From Candidatus Omnitrophota bacterium (GTDB lineage Bacteria > Omnitrophota > Gorgyraeia > Ghiorseimicrobiales > Ghiorseimicrobiaceae): DNA of 64,000 bases. The DNA is taken from the NCBI GenBank assembly GCA_030681595.1, contig JAUXSB010000003.1, positions 159,207-223,206 on the forward strand, given 5' to 3'. Position 1 is the first letter of the stretch. The number at the start of each line of letters is the position of its first letter. This document shows positions 26,542 to 36,492 of this stretch, in pieces. The position numbers and the translations under genes are program-made. A model generated the notes under the pieces. It saw nothing but the letters and a program-made list of their open reading frames with translations. It ran no database searches and was not told where the DNA came from.

Positions 26542-27991
26542 TTTCTGATTTAGGCGCCTCTTCCGGCCTTAAATGCGGGAATAGTATTACATCCCTAATT
26601 GAAGGTTGATTAGTAAAAAGCATAACCATCCTATCAATACCTATCCCTAAGCCTCCTGCTGGAGGCATCCCATACTCTAAAGCATTAATAAAATCTAAAT
26701 CTATTTTACCATCTTTTGGATTACCGCCTAACTCTTCCTCAAAACGCTTTTTTTGCTCGATAGGGTCGTTTAACTCGGAATAAGCATTAGCCACTTCCAT
26801 CCCGCCGATAAACAACTCAAACCTCTCGGAAATATGAGGGCTCTCTTTTTTGTTTTTTGCTAAAGGACAGAGCGCGCTGAAATAATCGGTCAAAAATACC
26901 GGAGAGCCGACGCCTTCTTCTTGAAGCAGTTCTTCCGCTATACGCACCACTTGAGAACGGCTTAAACCTTTCTCAACCTTCCTGCCGTGCTTTATAAGCT
27001 TTTCTACTATTAATTCCGTATGGTCGTCTGCGTTTATATCAAATTTATCCTTCATTGCTTCGGTAAAAGATTTTTCTTTCCAGGGAAGGCTTAAATCAAT
27101 AACCTTATCCTGGTAAGTTATTTTATCTCCACACCCCAGCTCTTTGGCGACATATAAAATAATATCCGCGACTAATTTCATCATATCCTGGTAATCAGCG
27201 TAAGCCAAATAAACTTCAAGCATGGTGAATTCAGGATTATGGCGCGTAGATATACCTTCATTACGGAAACTTCTGTTTATCTCATAGACTTTCTCAAAGC
27301 CTCCGACAAGTAACTTTTTTAAGTATAATTCCGGCGCAATCCTCAAATACATATCCGCGTTAAACTCTTCATGGTAAGTCTTAAACGGTTTACCTGCCGC
27401 GCCTCCCGGGATAAACTGCAGCATCGGAGTCTCAACCTCTAAAAATCCCTTTTCATCCAGAAAACGGCGGATAGCGGAAATTATCCGGCTACGCGCCAGA
27501 AAAATCTCCCTTACTGGATGGTTTGCAATCAAATCTAAATATCTCTGGCGATAGCGTATCTCGATGTCTTTTAAGCCATGCCATTTCTCCGGAAGCGGCC
27601 TTAACGATTTAGAAAGCAGGGTGATTTTGTCTGCTTTAACTGTCGGCTCTTGGGTGCGCGTAATAAAAGTCTCGCCATTTACGCCGATAAAATCCCCAAT
27701 ATCCAAATTTTTAAAAATAGCTTTGCCATCTTGCGTTAAGGTATCCTCTTTAAGGTAAACCTGAATTTTATCTCCGGAACCATCCCGTAAGTCCAGAAAA
27801 CTGGCTTTACCGTGAGAACGTAAAGCGATAACCCTGCCACTTAGAGAGACGGCTTCTCCGGCCTTAAAGTTATCCTTGATTATTTTTATCTGGCTGGTTT
27901 TCAAGAACTTAGCGCCAAAAGGCTCTATGCCGCAACCGCGTAACTCTGCCAGCTTATTAACCCTCTGATTATAAATTTCTTCTATCTCCAT
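26534..27991 (-). CDS. lysS: Lysyl-tRNA synthetase, class II.
   Basis: N-terminal OB-fold anticodon-binding domain and class II motifs (..FRNEG.., GGLGIGIDR). Confidence 0.9.
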   Translation of the reverse strand: MEIEEIYNQRVNKLAELRGCGIEPFGAKFLKTSQIKIIKDNFKAGEAVSLSGRVIALRSHGKASFLDLRDGSGDKIQVYLKEDTLTQDGKAIFKNLDIGDFIGVNGETFITRTQEPTVKADKITLLSKSLRPLPEKWHGLKDIEIRYRQRYLDLIANHPVREIFLARSRIISAIRRFLDEKGFLEVETPMLQFIPGGAAGKPFKTYHEEFNADMYLRIAPELYLKKLLVGGFEKVYEINRSFRNEGISTRHNPEFTMLEVYLAYADYQDMMKLVADIILYVAKELGCGDKITYQDKVIDLSLPWKEKSFTEAMKDKFDINADDHTELIVEKLIKHGRKVEKGLSRSQVVRIAEELLQEEGVGSPVFLTDYFSALCPLAKNKKESPHISERFELFIGGMEVANAYSELNDPIEQKKRFEEELGGNPKDGKIDLDFINALEYGMPPAGGLGIGIDRMVMLFTNQPSIRDVILFPHLRPEEAPKSENA

Positions 27992-28047
27992 AGATGATAA
28001 TTATATAGCATACAAGAAGAGATGTCAATATAAACGCCCTCCTCGAA

Positions 28048-29628
28048 TTAACTCTGCCTGTTATTCCTTAAAAAAAGCGGTAAAATGCTTAGATAGATCA
28101 GAAAAATCGCGATTAGAAAAGGCGTGGATATTAGTGGCTTTTCAATAATTCTCTTGCTTTTTGCCTCTGGATTTATATAGACTGACGCTAACTCAGTAGC
28201 AGCAATGTAGATTAGGCTATATTTTTTAATTAACATTTCGGATTTAGCATTGATAGAGCCGTCGTTTTCTCTGAATAAGATTATAACTTTGGCATGCGAT
28301 ACCGGGTCAAAATCGGCTTTAGGCCTTATTTCTTTTAACATTGTAGTTGATGTAGCGCGCTCGGAAAATACCCCTAAAATGCCACCGGCATAGTTTAAAT
28401 CAGAATAAATAATATCATCGCTTTCAGAATTATCCCTGATTATCCTTACGATCCCCTCAAATGACCTCCGGTCATAAATCCTGCTGTTTCTGACATCGCC
28501 TAAATCGCTACCACGATTCTCTTTTCGTAAATCCATAAAAACACCTATCTGCTTGAATAAATTTGACCCAAAGGCATCCATGCCGATATTTCCACTATTA
28601 AGGTTTATTACAGGCGAAAAAACAAAAAACAAAATCAATATTCCCGCCAGAAATATTCCCCTGCCCCGCCTTATTCTTAAAAATAGTTCGTAAATAAAAC
28701 TGCTGCATAAAAGGATATACCCTAATAATCCCTGAAAACAAAAATAACGGAACCTATAATTAAAGACCATCGGTAGCATGCCTAAAACAAAAAATAAAAA
28801 TAAATAATATATCTTTTTGTTTTTCAGGAAAAAACATAACCCAAGGATTGCTCCGAGATAAATAGCAAGATTAAACTCCAGGAAAGAGTTCTCGTTAAGG
28901 TTAACCGCGTGGAAATTGCTCCGGTTAATATAAAAACATGCTAATAACGGAGCGGCGATTACTATCGCGCCCAAGACAGCCTTAAGGCAAGCAGTCAGAT
29001 AACCCCTGTCAAATAATCCGTATAAAATAAATATTGGGATGAAAAATCCGCTTATTCCCGGATGTGTATAAAAAGAAAGCCCGAAAAGCATGATTGAAGC
29101 GGCAGTTTTACGCTGCCAGATGCAATAAAAAACGCCCAAACAAATAAGCAGGGCACAGGATGCGGCGTGAGTATTAACAAAGCCTAAATAAAAAGTATAC
29201 GATGAAGCAGCGATTAATACAGCGAAAAAAGCAAAAATTCCTGAAATTACTTTTCGGAAAATTAACCAAATAGCTAAAAGTGCTGCGGGATATAAAATAA
29301 AATCAAAAAATTTAGCAATAAATATTTTGGAAAAACCTACCTTGTATAACAGAAGCATAACTATATGCAGTAAAGGGGGATAAAGATGCGCGCGACCGAA
29401 AGGCGAAGCTTCCCAAAAGGCATGAGTTACGTAACCGCCTGCCTGATCAAACCCCAGCATCACTGAAAGATGATAATAGGTATCAATGAATAAAGGGAAA
29501 AACGGCAGCCTTAATAACTGAAGAATAAAAGATAAAATTATTATGCTTAAAGAAACGGTGTCCCAGCCGGAAAGGGTAAATTCCCTCCTTAAGGAAACCG
29601 GTATTAATATGTTACTTTTAGAAGGCAT
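28048..29628 (-). CDS. Large polytopic membrane protein of unknown function, about 13 TM helices followed by a soluble domain of roughly 150 aa. It could be a GT-C-type glycosyltransferase.
   Basis: Hydrophobicity pattern only. No diagnostic motif was recognised. Confidence 0.35.
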   Translation of the reverse strand: MPSKSNILIPVSLRREFTLSGWDTVSLSIIILSFILQLLRLPFFPLFIDTYYHLSVMLGFDQAGGYVTHAFWEASPFGRAHLYPPLLHIVMLLLYKVGFSKIFIAKFFDFILYPAALLAIWLIFRKVISGIFAFFAVLIAASSYTFYLGFVNTHAASCALLICLGVFYCIWQRKTAASIMLFGLSFYTHPGISGFFIPIFILYGLFDRGYLTACLKAVLGAIVIAAPLLACFYINRSNFHAVNLNENSFLEFNLAIYLGAILGLCFFLKNKKIYYLFLFFVLGMLPMVFNYRFRYFCFQGLLGYILLCSSFIYELFLRIRRGRGIFLAGILILFFVFSPVINLNSGNIGMDAFGSNLFKQIGVFMDLRKENRGSDLGDVRNSRIYDRRSFEGIVRIIRDNSESDDIIYSDLNYAGGILGVFSERATSTTMLKEIRPKADFDPVSHAKVIILFRENDGSINAKSEMLIKKYSLIYIAATELASVYINPEAKSKRIIEKPLISTPFLIAIFLIYLSILPLFLRNNRQS

Positions 29629-30365
29629 AATCCTCTGGCGGGAGCCGTGGGACCAAGAAGATTTCTTTTCCTGGTACGCAATATTTCACGCACAACATCC
29701 GGCTTGGCTTTTCTTTTCCCTATCTCAAGCAAAGTACCCACTATGGAACGTACCATGTTATAGAGGAAACCGTCGGCAGTGATATCTATGGCAATCAACG
29801 TATAGCGTGAAGCGTATAGCGTATAACTAACTTTCTTTATGGTTATCCTGCTGATATTTTTAATGGTATTTTTTACGGATGATCCGGATGCACAAAACGC
29901 GGCAAAGTCATGCCTGCCTAAAAGTATTTTTGTGGCTTGGCGCATTTTGCTCAAATCTAATTTATAAGAAAAACGGTACGTATAATTACGCAGCAGTGCC
30001 GACGGATAATCCTGGCTTAAAATTAAATAACGGTAGGTTTTTGACTTGGCGGAAAAACGCGCATGGAAACCTAAAGGCGCATCTTCGGCATCCGAAATAG
30101 AAATGTCTTCAGGCAACAAGCTATTTAACGCTTTTCGGATATTTTCGGGGGAGATTTTAGAATTAGTGTTAAAATTCGCGGTTTGTCCGAACGCATGAAC
30201 CCCTGAATCAGTCCTGCCGGAGGCAATAAGATTCATTTTTTCCTGAAGAATCTTAGCAAGGGCCGCTTCTATTGTTTCTTGGATTGTACGGCGGGTATTT
30301 TTTTGTTTCTGCCAACCGGCATAATTTGTGCCGTCGTATTCTATGACTAATTTGATATTACGCAT
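29604..30365 (-). CDS. truA: tRNA pseudouridine(38-40) synthase TruA.
   Basis: MRNIKLVIEYDGTNYAGWQ N-terminus and the catalytic GRTDSGVHA motif. Confidence 0.9.
   Translation of the reverse strand: MRNIKLVIEYDGTNYAGWQKQKNTRRTIQETIEAALAKILQEKMNLIASGRTDSGVHAFGQTANFNTNSKISPENIRKALNSLLPEDISISDAEDAPLGFHARFSAKSKTYRYLILSQDYPSALLRNYTYRFSYKLDLSKMRQATKILLGRHDFAAFCASGSSVKNTIKNISRITIKKVSYTLYASRYTLIAIDITADGFLYNMVRSIVGTLLEIGKRKAKPDVVREILRTRKRNLLGPTAPARGLCLLKVTY
29799..29828 (-). repeat. In-frame heptamer array (CGTATAG CGTGAAG CGTATAG CGTATAA) inside truA. It encodes SYTLYASRYTL.
   Basis: 7-nt periodicity. The same CGTATAG heptamer occurs in the intergenic array at 17317-17344. Confidence 0.7.
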
Positions 30366-30469
30366 TAAAAACAGCAGGAAGAATAATAAGAGTATATCGT
30401 TAAACGGTTACGTAGCGCAAAAACGCCTTACAACGAGATTTAAAGCCTCTCTACTTACTACTTGCTACA

Positions 30470-31495
30470 CTATTTAATAAGACATTCTGCGATCTGCACT
30501 GCATTGGTTGCAGCGCCCTTACGCAGATTATCCGCAACTACCCAAAGCCATAAGCCGTTTTTAACAAAGGGGTCCCGACGGATACGGCCGACAAATGTCT
30601 CATCCCTGCCTTCAATATCCAAAGGCGTAGGATAGAGATTTTTCTTAGGGTCATCGATTATGATTATACCGGGGGCATGAGAAAGTAGATTTCTTACTTT
30701 ACCCGGATCGATAGGTTTTTCTGTTTCTATATACACTGATTCCGAATGCCCGGTTTTCACAGGTACTCTCACTGTAGTTGCCGAAATTTTTATTTTATCA
30801 TCATGCATAATTTTATGGGTTTCTTTTACTAACTTCCATTCTTCATTAGTATATTCGCACTCGCTAAATTCGCCAATATGCGGGAAAACGTTATAAGCTA
30901 ACTGCTGCGGCATAGATTTATTTTGTAGGTTAACTTTCAGATTGCCATATCCCCCAGATGCAATCAAAGAGTTTTCTTCTTTTAATTGTTCGACTGCATC
31001 CTTACCCGCACCAGATGAAGCCTGTAATGTGGTTACGATTATCCTCTTTATCCCGGCTTTCTTATAAATTGGATAAAGCGCAACCACCATCTGAATGGTA
31101 GAACAATTAGGGTTAGCAATTATGCCTTTATGTTTTTTTACATCTTTAGCATTTACTTCGGGAACAACCAGGGGCACCTCGGGGTCCATCCTAAAGTCTG
31201 CGCCATTATCAATGACTACTACGCCTCTTTTAATTGCCGCTGGCGCATAGGTAACTGCTGCTCCTTTTTCCCCTTCAGTCCCAGCAAATAAAGCGATATC
31301 TATTCCGTTAAATCCTTCGGGCGAAATAACCTTAACCTCATATTTTTCGCCGTCAACTTCAACCGCACGAGCCGTGCGCGCAAATACGCGCAATTCAGCG
31401 ATAGGAAAATTACGCTGTTTTAAAACACGCAACATCTCAATACCGACAACGCCTACTCCGATTACCGCAACATTATACTTTGATTTTTTATTCAT
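30470..31495 (-). CDS. asd: Aspartate-semialdehyde dehydrogenase.
   Basis: NAD-binding GxGxxG (VIGVGVVG) and an active-site NCST motif (ANPNCSTI). Confidence 0.9.
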   Translation of the reverse strand: MNKKSKYNVAVIGVGVVGIEMLRVLKQRNFPIAELRVFARTARAVEVDGEKYEVKVISPEGFNGIDIALFAGTEGEKGAAVTYAPAAIKRGVVVIDNGADFRMDPEVPLVVPEVNAKDVKKHKGIIANPNCSTIQMVVALYPIYKKAGIKRIIVTTLQASSGAGKDAVEQLKEENSLIASGGYGNLKVNLQNKSMPQQLAYNVFPHIGEFSECEYTNEEWKLVKETHKIMHDDKIKISATTVRVPVKTGHSESVYIETEKPIDPGKVRNLLSHAPGIIIIDDPKKNLYPTPLDIEGRDETFVGRIRRDPFVKNGLWLWVVADNLRKGAATNAVQIAECLIK

Positions 31496-31510
31496 ATAGT
31501 TCTTCTCAAT

Positions 31511-31584
31511 CCTGCTTCATGCTTCAAGCCGCAAGCTTCAAGCTTTAAACTTTTTTGCCTGTAGCCTACAACATGTAGCTTGCA
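31511..31584 (-). repeat. Heptad-periodic leader element, family 2 (GCTTCAT GCTTCAA GCCGCAA GCTTCAA GCTTTAA ... GCCTGTAGCCTACAACATGTAGCTTGC), upstream of asd.
   Basis: Shares its motifs with 12127-12166 and contains the palindrome GTAGCCTACAACATGTAGC. Confidence 0.6.
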
Positions 31585-31589
31585 GCAAA

Positions 31590-32639
31590 TTATAAGTTTT
31601 TAACCACTAAATCCCCGACCTCTTGTGTAGAATACCCCATTTTTCCTGCGGCAAGGGATTTTAAGTTCTTGCTCACTACTTTTATTACTGCATCTTCAAC
31701 CGCTTTAGCCGCCTTTTCTTCGCCTAAATTTTCCAGCAACATCCCTACCGCACAAATTGCCGCCAAAGGATTAATCACATTCTTCCCGGTATATTTGGGC
31801 GCGCTTCCGCCGATCGGCTCAAACATAGACACGCCTTTCGGGTTAATGTTTCCGCCTGCGGCAATACCCATCCCCCCTTGAATCATCGCACCCAAATCAG
31901 TAATAATATCACCGAACATATTATCGGTAACAATCACGTCAAACCACTCCGGGTTTTTCACAAACCACATTGTGGTTGCATCCACATGGGCGTAATCTGT
32001 GGAAATATCCGGATATTCCTTGGCCACTTCGTTAAAAGTCCTTTGCCATAAATCCCAGGCGAAAGTTAAAACATTGGTCTTACCGCAAAGCGTTAATTTC
32101 TTTCTCCTGTTACGCTTTCTGGTATATTCAAAGGCATAACGGATGCAGCGCTCAACGCCCCTACGCGTATTATAGGAAATCTGAATTGCGACTTCATCTT
32201 TTGTACCCTTATCCTTAAATTCCCCCATTCCTTTATAAAGCCCTTCGGAGTTTTCCCGCACTACCACAAAATCAATATCCTCGGGTTTTTTATCCTTCAA
32301 AGGACAAAAATCGGAATTATAGAGCTTCACGGGACGCAAATTAATATATTGGTCAAGTGCAAACCTTAATTTAAGCAATACGCCTGTTTCGATAACACCC
32401 GGTTTTACTTCGGGATCGCCTACGGCGCCCAGATAAATGGCTTCATATTTCTTTAACTCTACGATATCGTTATCATCCACTAATTTACCTGTCGCAAGAT
32501 ATCTTTTACCGCTGAAATCAAATTCTTTGGTTTCGTATTTGAACCCAAACTTCGAGCTAGCCGCATCAAGAACTTTCAAACCCTCGCGCACTACTTCCGG
32601 GCCTGTGCCATCGCCGCCAATTACCGCTATTCTGTACAT
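31590..32639 (-). CDS. leuB: 3-isopropylmalate dehydrogenase.
   Basis: Beta-decarboxylating dehydrogenase family (..[12 protein letters not shown]..) with leuC and leuD as neighbours. Confidence 0.8.
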   Translation of the reverse strand: MYRIAVIGGDGTGPEVVREGLKVLDAASSKFGFKYETKEFDFSGKRYLATGKLVDDNDIVELKKYEAIYLGAVGDPEVKPGVIETGVLLKLRFALDQYINLRPVKLYNSDFCPLKDKKPEDIDFVVVRENSEGLYKGMGEFKDKGTKDEVAIQISYNTRRGVERCIRYAFEYTRKRNRRKKLTLCGKTNVLTFAWDLWQRTFNEVAKEYPDISTDYAHVDATTMWFVKNPEWFDVIVTDNMFGDIITDLGAMIQGGMGIAAGGNINPKGVSMFEPIGGSAPKYTGKNVINPLAAICAVGMLLENLGEEKAAKAVEDAVIKVVSKNLKSLAAGKMGYSTQEVGDLVVKNL

Positions 32640-32644
32640 CTTCT

Positions 32645-32721
32645 CCTCACATTCCTTTTAGAATTTATAAGTTAGAGGTTATGAATTATAAATTAAAAAC
32701 TTATAACTTATCACTTATAAT
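32645..32721 (-). repeat. AT-rich heptad-periodic spacer, family 3, upstream of leuB (TTATAA-rich; AACTTATCACTT).
   Basis: Shared with 6577-6655 and 34681-34764. Confidence 0.55.
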
Positions 32722-33219
32722 TTATAACTGCTTTTTTACCCAGGCCATCAAACCGCCCGAATTTATTAACTCTTGCATAAACGGGGCATACCCTTGGGTT
32801 TGATAAATCTTATTCTGAGTAATATTCCTTATCTCTCCTTTTTCTAAATTAACCTCTAAAATATCACCCTCATTTATTTTATCGGTATCCCTGCACTCTA
32901 ATATCGGCAGGCCGATATTGATGGAGTTACGATAAAAGATACGGGCAAAGCTTTTGGCAACTACACAAGAAATTCCAGTACCTTTAATGGAAATCGGCGC
33001 ATGCTCGCGCGATGAACCGCAGCCAAAATTTTTACCGGCAACAATAATGTCGCCGGATGACACAGATTTACTAAACTCCGGCCTAATCCCCTCCATACAA
33101 TTCTTGCCTAATTCTTTGGGATCGGTCGTCACCAAAAATTTCGCCGGAATTATCTCATCCGTATTTAGATCATCGCCGAATTTATAGACTTTCCCCTTAA
33201 GTGTCATTTTTATTATCAA
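32722..33219 (-). CDS. leuD: 3-isopropylmalate dehydratase small subunit (short, archaeal-type LeuD).
   Basis: Aconitase swivel domain of about 165 aa, adjacent to leuC. Confidence 0.8.
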   Translation of the reverse strand: MIIKMTLKGKVYKFGDDLNTDEIIPAKFLVTTDPKELGKNCMEGIRPEFSKSVSSGDIIVAGKNFGCGSSREHAPISIKGTGISCVVAKSFARIFYRNSINIGLPILECRDTDKINEGDILEVNLEKGEIRNITQNKIYQTQGYAPFMQELINSGGLMAWVKKQL

Positions 33220-33387
33220 GGTTAATGGAATCTTTATGAAGCACGCATTAGAAATCTTTTGGCAAATTTCTGCAAGGAGTTACAACGAGTAAATGCCGAA
33301 ACTGACCAACGGGAATTTCGGCAAATTTACGAGTTGTAAACCGTAGCAGACGGCAAAAGATTTCAGCGTGAGGAATAAATGATTTCA

Positions 33388-34680
33388 TTAACCCACTACC
33401 TCATCCGGATGCGCAATCCTGCCTTTTACCGCGCTTGCCGCAGCCACCGCCGGATTGGATAGATACACTTCGCTTTTTAAATCTCCCATCCTGCCGACAA
33501 AATTCCTGTTAGTTGTAGCAAGGCAGCGTTCACCCGCGGTTAAAATTCCGGCATGCCCGCCTAAGCAAGGGCCGCAAGTAGGCGTTGTTACTACTGCGCC
33601 TGATTTTACAAAGATATCAATCAGGCCTTCCTTAATTGCCTGTAAGTATATATTCTGTGTTGCCGGTATCACAATACAACGTGTATAAGGATTAACTTTT
33701 CTCCCCTTTAAAATTTTTGCGGCCAGGCGTAAATCCGAAATCCTTCCGTTGGTACAAGAACCTATTACCACCTGATCTAATTCTATATTACTTAATTGCC
33801 TTACCTGCTTAACATTGCTGGGAAGATGCGGGCAGGCAACCAAAGGCCCTATCTTCGAAACATCATATTCCTTGATTTGCGCATAAATAGCATCTTTATC
33901 GGATTTTAGATTTTTGAATTTTGAATTGTAATTTTGCCTTTTGCCTTTTACCTTTTGCGTTTCTTTGACATAGTTAAAGGTCGTCTCATCCGGCTCAATT
34001 ATCCCGGACTTTCCGCCGGCTTCAATCGCCATATTGCACATAGTAAATCTGTCATCCATCGGCAGGCTGCTAATTACATCGCCGCTAAATTCCATTGCCC
34101 GATAGGCAGCGCCGTCAACGCCGATATCGCCTATTGTATGCAAAATTAAATCCTTACCACCGACCCATTTATTTAATTTGCCATAAAAAATAAATTTTAT
34201 TGTTTCCGGGACCCTCAACCATACCCGTCCAGTTACCCAAGAAGCGGCTAAATCAGTCGAGCCAACACCGCTGGAAAATGCGCCTAATGCGCCATAAGTA
34301 CAAGTATGAGAATCGGCTCCAATAACTAAATCTCCGGGGCCAACTAAACCTAATTCCGGAAGAAGCGCATGTTCAATACCCATACGGCCCACTTCATAGT
34401 AATGCTTAATTTTATATTTTGCGGCAAAATCTTTTAATATTTTTGCCTGTTGCGCGCTCTTTTTATCCTTTGCCGGAACAAAATGATCGGGAACTAAAAC
34501 AATCTTATCTTTGATTGCCGGATTAATCCCTAATTTTTCAAATTCCTCTATGGCTAAGGGCGCGGTAATATCATTGCCTAAAGATAAATCTACCTTTGCC
34601 CAGATAAATTCACCTACCCGAATATCTTTCTTATCAGGCGTGTGAGCCAATAATATTTTTTCAGTAATTGTGTAAGGCAT
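33388..34680 (-). CDS. leuC: 3-isopropylmalate dehydratase large subunit (LeuC, about 430-aa type).
   Basis: Aconitase-family Fe-S ligand cysteines (..CTNGR.., ..TCGPCLG..). Confidence 0.8.
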   Translation of the reverse strand: MPYTITEKILLAHTPDKKDIRVGEFIWAKVDLSLGNDITAPLAIEEFEKLGINPAIKDKIVLVPDHFVPAKDKKSAQQAKILKDFAAKYKIKHYYEVGRMGIEHALLPELGLVGPGDLVIGADSHTCTYGALGAFSSGVGSTDLAASWVTGRVWLRVPETIKFIFYGKLNKWVGGKDLILHTIGDIGVDGAAYRAMEFSGDVISSLPMDDRFTMCNMAIEAGGKSGIIEPDETTFNYVKETQKVKGKRQNYNSKFKNLKSDKDAIYAQIKEYDVSKIGPLVACPHLPSNVKQVRQLSNIELDQVVIGSCTNGRISDLRLAAKILKGRKVNPYTRCIVIPATQNIYLQAIKEGLIDIFVKSGAVVTTPTCGPCLGGHAGILTAGERCLATTNRNFVGRMGDLKSEVYLSNPAVAAASAVKGRIAHPDEVVG

Positions 34681-34764
34681 GTAATATCTAAGTTAGAAGT
34701 TATGAATTATGAGTTACAAGTTATGAGTTAAAAACTAATAACTTATCACTTCTCATTCATAACT
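34681..34764 (-). repeat. AT-rich heptad-periodic spacer, family 3, upstream of leuC. It has six tandem TAACTYN heptads and can fold as a long imperfect hairpin.
   Basis: In the mRNA sense it reads TAACTCA TAACTTG TAACTCA TAATTCA TAACTTC TAACTTA, preceded by GTTATGA-type heptads complementary to them. Confidence 0.6.
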
Positions 34765-36000
34765 TCACTTGAATTTTTTTACTACTAAAGTGGCGTTATG
34801 CCCGCCAAAACCCAATGAATTAGACATCGCCACTTCTACTTTTGTGTTGCGGGCTTTATTAGGTACGTAGTCTAAATCGCACTCAGGGTCAGGATTTTCG
34901 TAGTTGGTTGTAGGCGGGATAATATCATTTTTTATAGCTAAAGCGCAGATAACAAACTCGATTCCTCCGGCCGCGCCCAATAAATGTCCGGTCATGGATT
35001 TCGTAGAACTTACCGCTATTTTTTTAGCGTATTCACCGAATAATTTCTTAATGGCTAAAGTTTCAATCCGGTCATTAAGCAATGTGGATGTTCCATGAGC
35101 ATTTATATAAGAAACATCTTTGGGCAAAATACGCGCGTCTTTTAAAGAAAGTGCCATCGCTCTTACTGCACCGTCAGCGGTTGAATCAGGTGCCGTAATA
35201 TGATAGGCGTCTCCGCTCATGCCGTAGCCGACAATCTCGGCATATATTTTTGCCTTACGTTTTAAAGCATGCGGTAGCGACTCTAACAACACAACTCCCG
35301 AACCCTCAGACATAACAAAGCCGTCTCGGTCGCGGTCAAAAGGCCTGCTTGCTTTCTCCGGCTCATTATTTCTCTTAGAAAGCGCCTTTAAAGCACAGAA
35401 TCCACCGATGCCCAGATACGTAATCGCACTTTCCGTGCCTCCGGCAAGCATTAAATCGGCATCGCCCCTTTGAATTATCTTAAAGGCATCTCCTACAGCA
35501 TGCGAACCTGAAGCACAGGCAGTCGCAACGCAGGAATTCGGCCCTTTAAAACCTAAATCTATTGATATGTGCCCCGCTGCCTCGTTAACAATAAGCATCG
35601 GGATAAGAAACGGGGACAGCCTTGAGGGGCCCTTTTCAAGATAAACTTTAAACTGTTCTTCTATTATATGCAAGCTTCCTATGCCCGAACCAACAACAAC
35701 ACCCGCGCGGTTTTTATCTATTGCGGATGAATCTAGTCCCGCATCATTAAATGCTTCTCTTGCCGCGGCCACCGCATACTGCACAAATTTATCTACATGC
35801 CTTACTTCTTTCGCGGAGAAATACTTTAAAGGATCAAACCCTTTTACCTCCCCGGCAATCTGCGAATCAAAAGCTGAGGCATCAAAAACAGTAATCCTAC
35901 CTATACCGCTTTTGCCGGCAAGTAAATTTTCCCATAGGGTTTTTGTATCATTTCCTAACGGCGATATGCTGCCTAGCCCCGTAATAACTACTCTTTCCAT
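34765..36000 (-). CDS. fabF: 3-oxoacyl-ACP synthase II.
   Basis: KAS II active-site Cys (ATACASG) and His/His motifs. Confidence 0.9.
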   Translation of the reverse strand: MERVVITGLGSISPLGNDTKTLWENLLAGKSGIGRITVFDASAFDSQIAGEVKGFDPLKYFSAKEVRHVDKFVQYAVAAAREAFNDAGLDSSAIDKNRAGVVVGSGIGSLHIIEEQFKVYLEKGPSRLSPFLIPMLIVNEAAGHISIDLGFKGPNSCVATACASGSHAVGDAFKIIQRGDADLMLAGGTESAITYLGIGGFCALKALSKRNNEPEKASRPFDRDRDGFVMSEGSGVVLLESLPHALKRKAKIYAEIVGYGMSGDAYHITAPDSTADGAVRAMALSLKDARILPKDVSYINAHGTSTLLNDRIETLAIKKLFGEYAKKIAVSSTKSMTGHLLGAAGGIEFVICALAIKNDIIPPTTNYENPDPECDLDYVPNKARNTKVEVAMSNSLGFGGHNATLVVKKFK

Positions 36001-36098
36001 CTTTAATTTACCCTTATTTATAACAGTTGCCCCCCGATGTAATGTCGGGGGGCTATATAATCTAAAAAACCATTCGAAAAACGCTTCTATTGCTTTGT

Positions 36099-36338
36099 TT
36101 ATTTATTTACGGCTTTGGTCTCAATGTACTTTATCGCATCCCCTACTGTACCCATCTTCTCCGCATCCTCATCGGGAATTTCAATTCCGAACTCTTCTTC
36201 TAAAGCCATTACCAATTCCACCGTATCCAAAGAATCTGCGCCTAAATCGTCAATAAACGAAGCCTGAGGAGTAACCTCCTCAACTTTTACACCCAGCTGT
36301 TCTGCAATTATTGACTTCACTTTATCTGCTACTGCCAT
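36099..36338 (-). CDS. acpP: Acyl carrier protein.
   Basis: DSL phosphopantetheine attachment motif ([18 protein letters not shown]). Confidence 0.95.
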   Translation of the reverse strand: MAVADKVKSIIAEQLGVKVEEVTPQASFIDDLGADSLDTVELVMALEEEFGIEIPDEDAEKMGTVGDAIKYIETKAVNK

Positions 36339-36492
36339 TTTTTTCCTCCTTAAATAACGCTACAGCCTACGCCATCCCGACAATCGTTCTGGCGATAGAT
36401 ATTAACAATGCAAGCTGCCCGTCGGGATTTAACCTTTGACACTCGAAATTCCCAATGTCAAAGATAAGTTTCCCCGCTTACGGCGGGGTCAC

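Noticed and set aside
35681-36256. 191-aa plus-strand ORF and other long antisense ORFs such as 37331-38008, 41843-42367, 56080-56625 and 60992-61639.
   Set aside because: All are antisense to well-supported conserved genes (fabF, acpP, fabD, rsmD, the CNNM-like gene, trpC, trpF). Their compositions are low in complexity and mirror the sense strand.
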